From the IMG/VR virus record IMGVR_UViG_3300037320_000111, positions 1-33,650 of that record: a stretch of DNA of 33,650 bases. The stretch is one strand, 5' to 3'. The translations under genes were made by a program, and so were the position numbers. This DNA is from a virus. Positions 32,466 through 33,650 of this stretch are shown in pieces; positions within the stretch are counted from its first letter, which is position 1, and each line of letters begins with the position of its first letter. The notes beneath the pieces are model-generated. The model did not search any database, was not told the origin of the DNA, and worked only from the letters and a program-made list of their open reading frames with translations.

Positions 32466-32690
32466 TCAACCGTTTTTTTCGGCTTCGGTTTTCGCCGTTA
32501 TTACATCGCGAATCACGCAACAATCTTCATACATTTCCCAATTTTCAAAAACTTTCAAACACTTTTGCAAGGCCTTCACGCTGCCCCCTTCCACCCACAC
32601 ATAAAATTCAAATTCAGAATTAAAACGCTTTCGAACCGCTAGCGGATCAATAATGTTGTTGTGTGTTGGAAATAGATTTGAAAGATCCAT
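32466..32690 (-). CDS. Hypothetical protein (74 aa)
   Basis: ATG ORF 11 nt after the endolysin stop. No TM segment and no family recognised. Confidence 0.5.
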   Translation of the reverse strand: MDLSNLFPTHNNIIDPLAVRKRFNSEFEFYVWVEGGSVKALQKCLKVFENWEMYEDCCVIRDVITAKTEAEKNG

Positions 32691-32701
32691 ATCGTTATTT
32701 T

Positions 32702-33229
32702 TTACGCTTCATTTTTTGAAATAAAACCATTGGCATTCACCTGGATCACGCGCACATCTTTTGGCTGTGCTATCTTCCACGGCGTTCTTCTTATACCCGA
32801 ACACCGGATTTTTTCAATCCGGGTGATGTTCACCATATTGGATTGATTCCCGCCTAAAACATGATAACAAGCAGCGTCTTCACCGACATAGATTCCCACA
32901 TGACCGCCGCCATTGCGCTTGAATGTCAGTAGATCGCCCAACATCGCCACAGATTGTTTGGTACCAAATTTATTCCAATTCAATGCCCACAAACTTTCCC
33001 TTGCGGTGAAAGGAATATTTAACCGCGCTTTTTTGCATACATAAGCGATGAACAAACCACACCAGGCGATTTCATCATTGTTGTATATTTTTTCAATTCC
33101 CAATTCCTTTGCCCATCCCAAAATCACTTTTGAATGGATGTTTCCCACTATTTCTTTGGTGCCAATTAGTTTCCTTGCTTGGATCAATATTTGTGGCCCG
33201 GTGGCTGTTTTTAAATAATCGTAATTCAT
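32702..33229 (-). CDS. Endolysin, TIGR02594/NlpC-P60-like cell-wall peptidase
   Basis: 175 aa. Catalytic-type blocks NNDEIAWCGLFIAYV (Cys), GGGHVGIYVG (His) and HVLGGNQSN match the TIGR02594 pattern. The start overlaps the holin stop. Confidence 0.8.
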   Translation of the reverse strand: MNYDYLKTATGPQILIQARKLIGTKEIVGNIHSKVILGWAKELGIEKIYNNDEIAWCGLFIAYVCKKARLNIPFTARESLWALNWNKFGTKQSVAMLGDLLTFKRNGGGHVGIYVGEDAACYHVLGGNQSNMVNITRIEKIRCSGIRRTPWKIAQPKDVRVIQVNANGFISKNEA

Positions 33230-33615
33230 TACTTTGTTTTTTTAAAATCTACTATACTGTCTTTTATTTCATTTGCTCTACCTAATGCTTTTTTAAATAA
33301 TGACCAAACGTCTAATCCTGTGGCTTTCTCAAAATTCTCTTTTATCGAAACGCTTTCGATAAAAATTAAAAGTATCGCACAAACTTTTGTAGCAAAAAAT
33401 GAAATAGAGAACCACTTTTCAAAAAACTCCGAAAGAATAAAAAAGTCAATTACATATAAAAACACAATACATAACTCATACAATAGCATTTTAGAAATGA
33501 TGTTGCTCAACGTGCGGCTGTTGATAAAATACCAACCCTTAACTCTGACGGCTCGATAAATCCCAAACAATGTATCTAAGGCTATTGCTGCGCCCACCGC
33601 TATCAACAACCCCAT
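33229..33615 (-). CDS. Holin (phage_holin_4-like, 3-4 TM)
   Basis: Multiple hydrophobic helices and an ALDTLFGIYRAV..S..L..IISK pattern. Immediately upstream of the endolysin. The track start at 33633 is a TTG; the first ATG is at 33615 (MGLLIAVG). The 5' part is duplicated at 1..220. Confidence 0.75.
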   Translation of the reverse strand: MGLLIAVGAAIALDTLFGIYRAVRVKGWYFINSRTLSNIISKMLLYELCIVFLYVIDFFILSEFFEKWFSISFFATKVCAILLIFIESVSIKENFEKATGLDVWSLFKKALGRANEIKDSIVDFKKTK

Positions 33616-33650
33616 GATAGGACTGAAAAACAAGCAGGTAGCTGTTAAAA
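33396..33650. repeat. Terminal overlap, identical to 1..255
   Basis: Same as above. The repeat lies inside the holin coding sequence, so it is an assembly/permutation overlap rather than a functional terminal repeat. Confidence 0.95.

Larger units (their letters stand above)
1..33650. mobile_element. Complete circular temperate siphovirus-type phage genome (HK97-like head, TP901-like tail), unit length 33,395 bp
   Basis: Full phage gene order: lysogeny, replication, packaging, head, tail, lysis. Exact 255-bp overlap of the window ends. Intact attP with both arms next to int, so this is the excised/circular form, not an integrated prophage. Confidence 0.85.

Overview
The window is a complete, circularly closed temperate tailed-phage genome. 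The first 255 nt are identical to the last 255 nt, so the unit length is 33,395 bp. About 90% of the coding sequence is on the minus strand and forms one long leftward transcription series. In order (decreasing coordinates, wrapping around the junction) it runs: early/regulatory micro-genes (27991->26470), a replication module (HNH_3-like, unknown, wHTH initiator-like, DnaB; 26294->22903), and a packaging module (HNH, terS, terL) that is interrupted by a 3-kb accessory island (22021->19097). Next come portal, prohead protease and HK97-type capsid, then connectors, major tail protein, G/G-T chaperones with a lambda-type GGGAAAG -1 frameshift site, tape measure and distal tail/fibre genes (16012->279). 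The series ends with holin, TIGR02594-type endolysin, an orphan, a metallophosphoesterase and a lipoprotein (33615->30728), which stops at a terminator beside attP. The lysogeny module consists of a rightward repressor-like gene, a rightward secreted protein, and a convergent Bacteroidota-type tyrosine integrase. It sits next to an attP whose core is the 3' half of a tRNA-Arg(UCU), flanked by phased arm-type repeats. TAnnTTTG-type -7 boxes, the absence of Shine-Dalgarno sequences and the integrase type point to a Bacteroidota (Flavobacteriia-like) host; this is inference. The most unusual content is the island splitting terS from terL: a MazZ-like/HAD-nucleotidase fusion, a Mesh1/SpoT-type HD hydrolase, a 151-aa orphan and a second XerC/D-type recombinase. 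Also notable are a thrice-repeated terminator-palindrome-promoter module insulating the late operons, a u-spanin-like lipoprotein, an iteron-like array inside the initiator-like gene, an orphan tRNA-like fragment, and a chain of translationally coupled micro-ORFs missing from the ORF track. There are no rRNA genes, no intact tRNA, no CRISPR array and no reverse transcriptase. All family calls rest on motifs read by eye and recalled family signatures. No database search was run.
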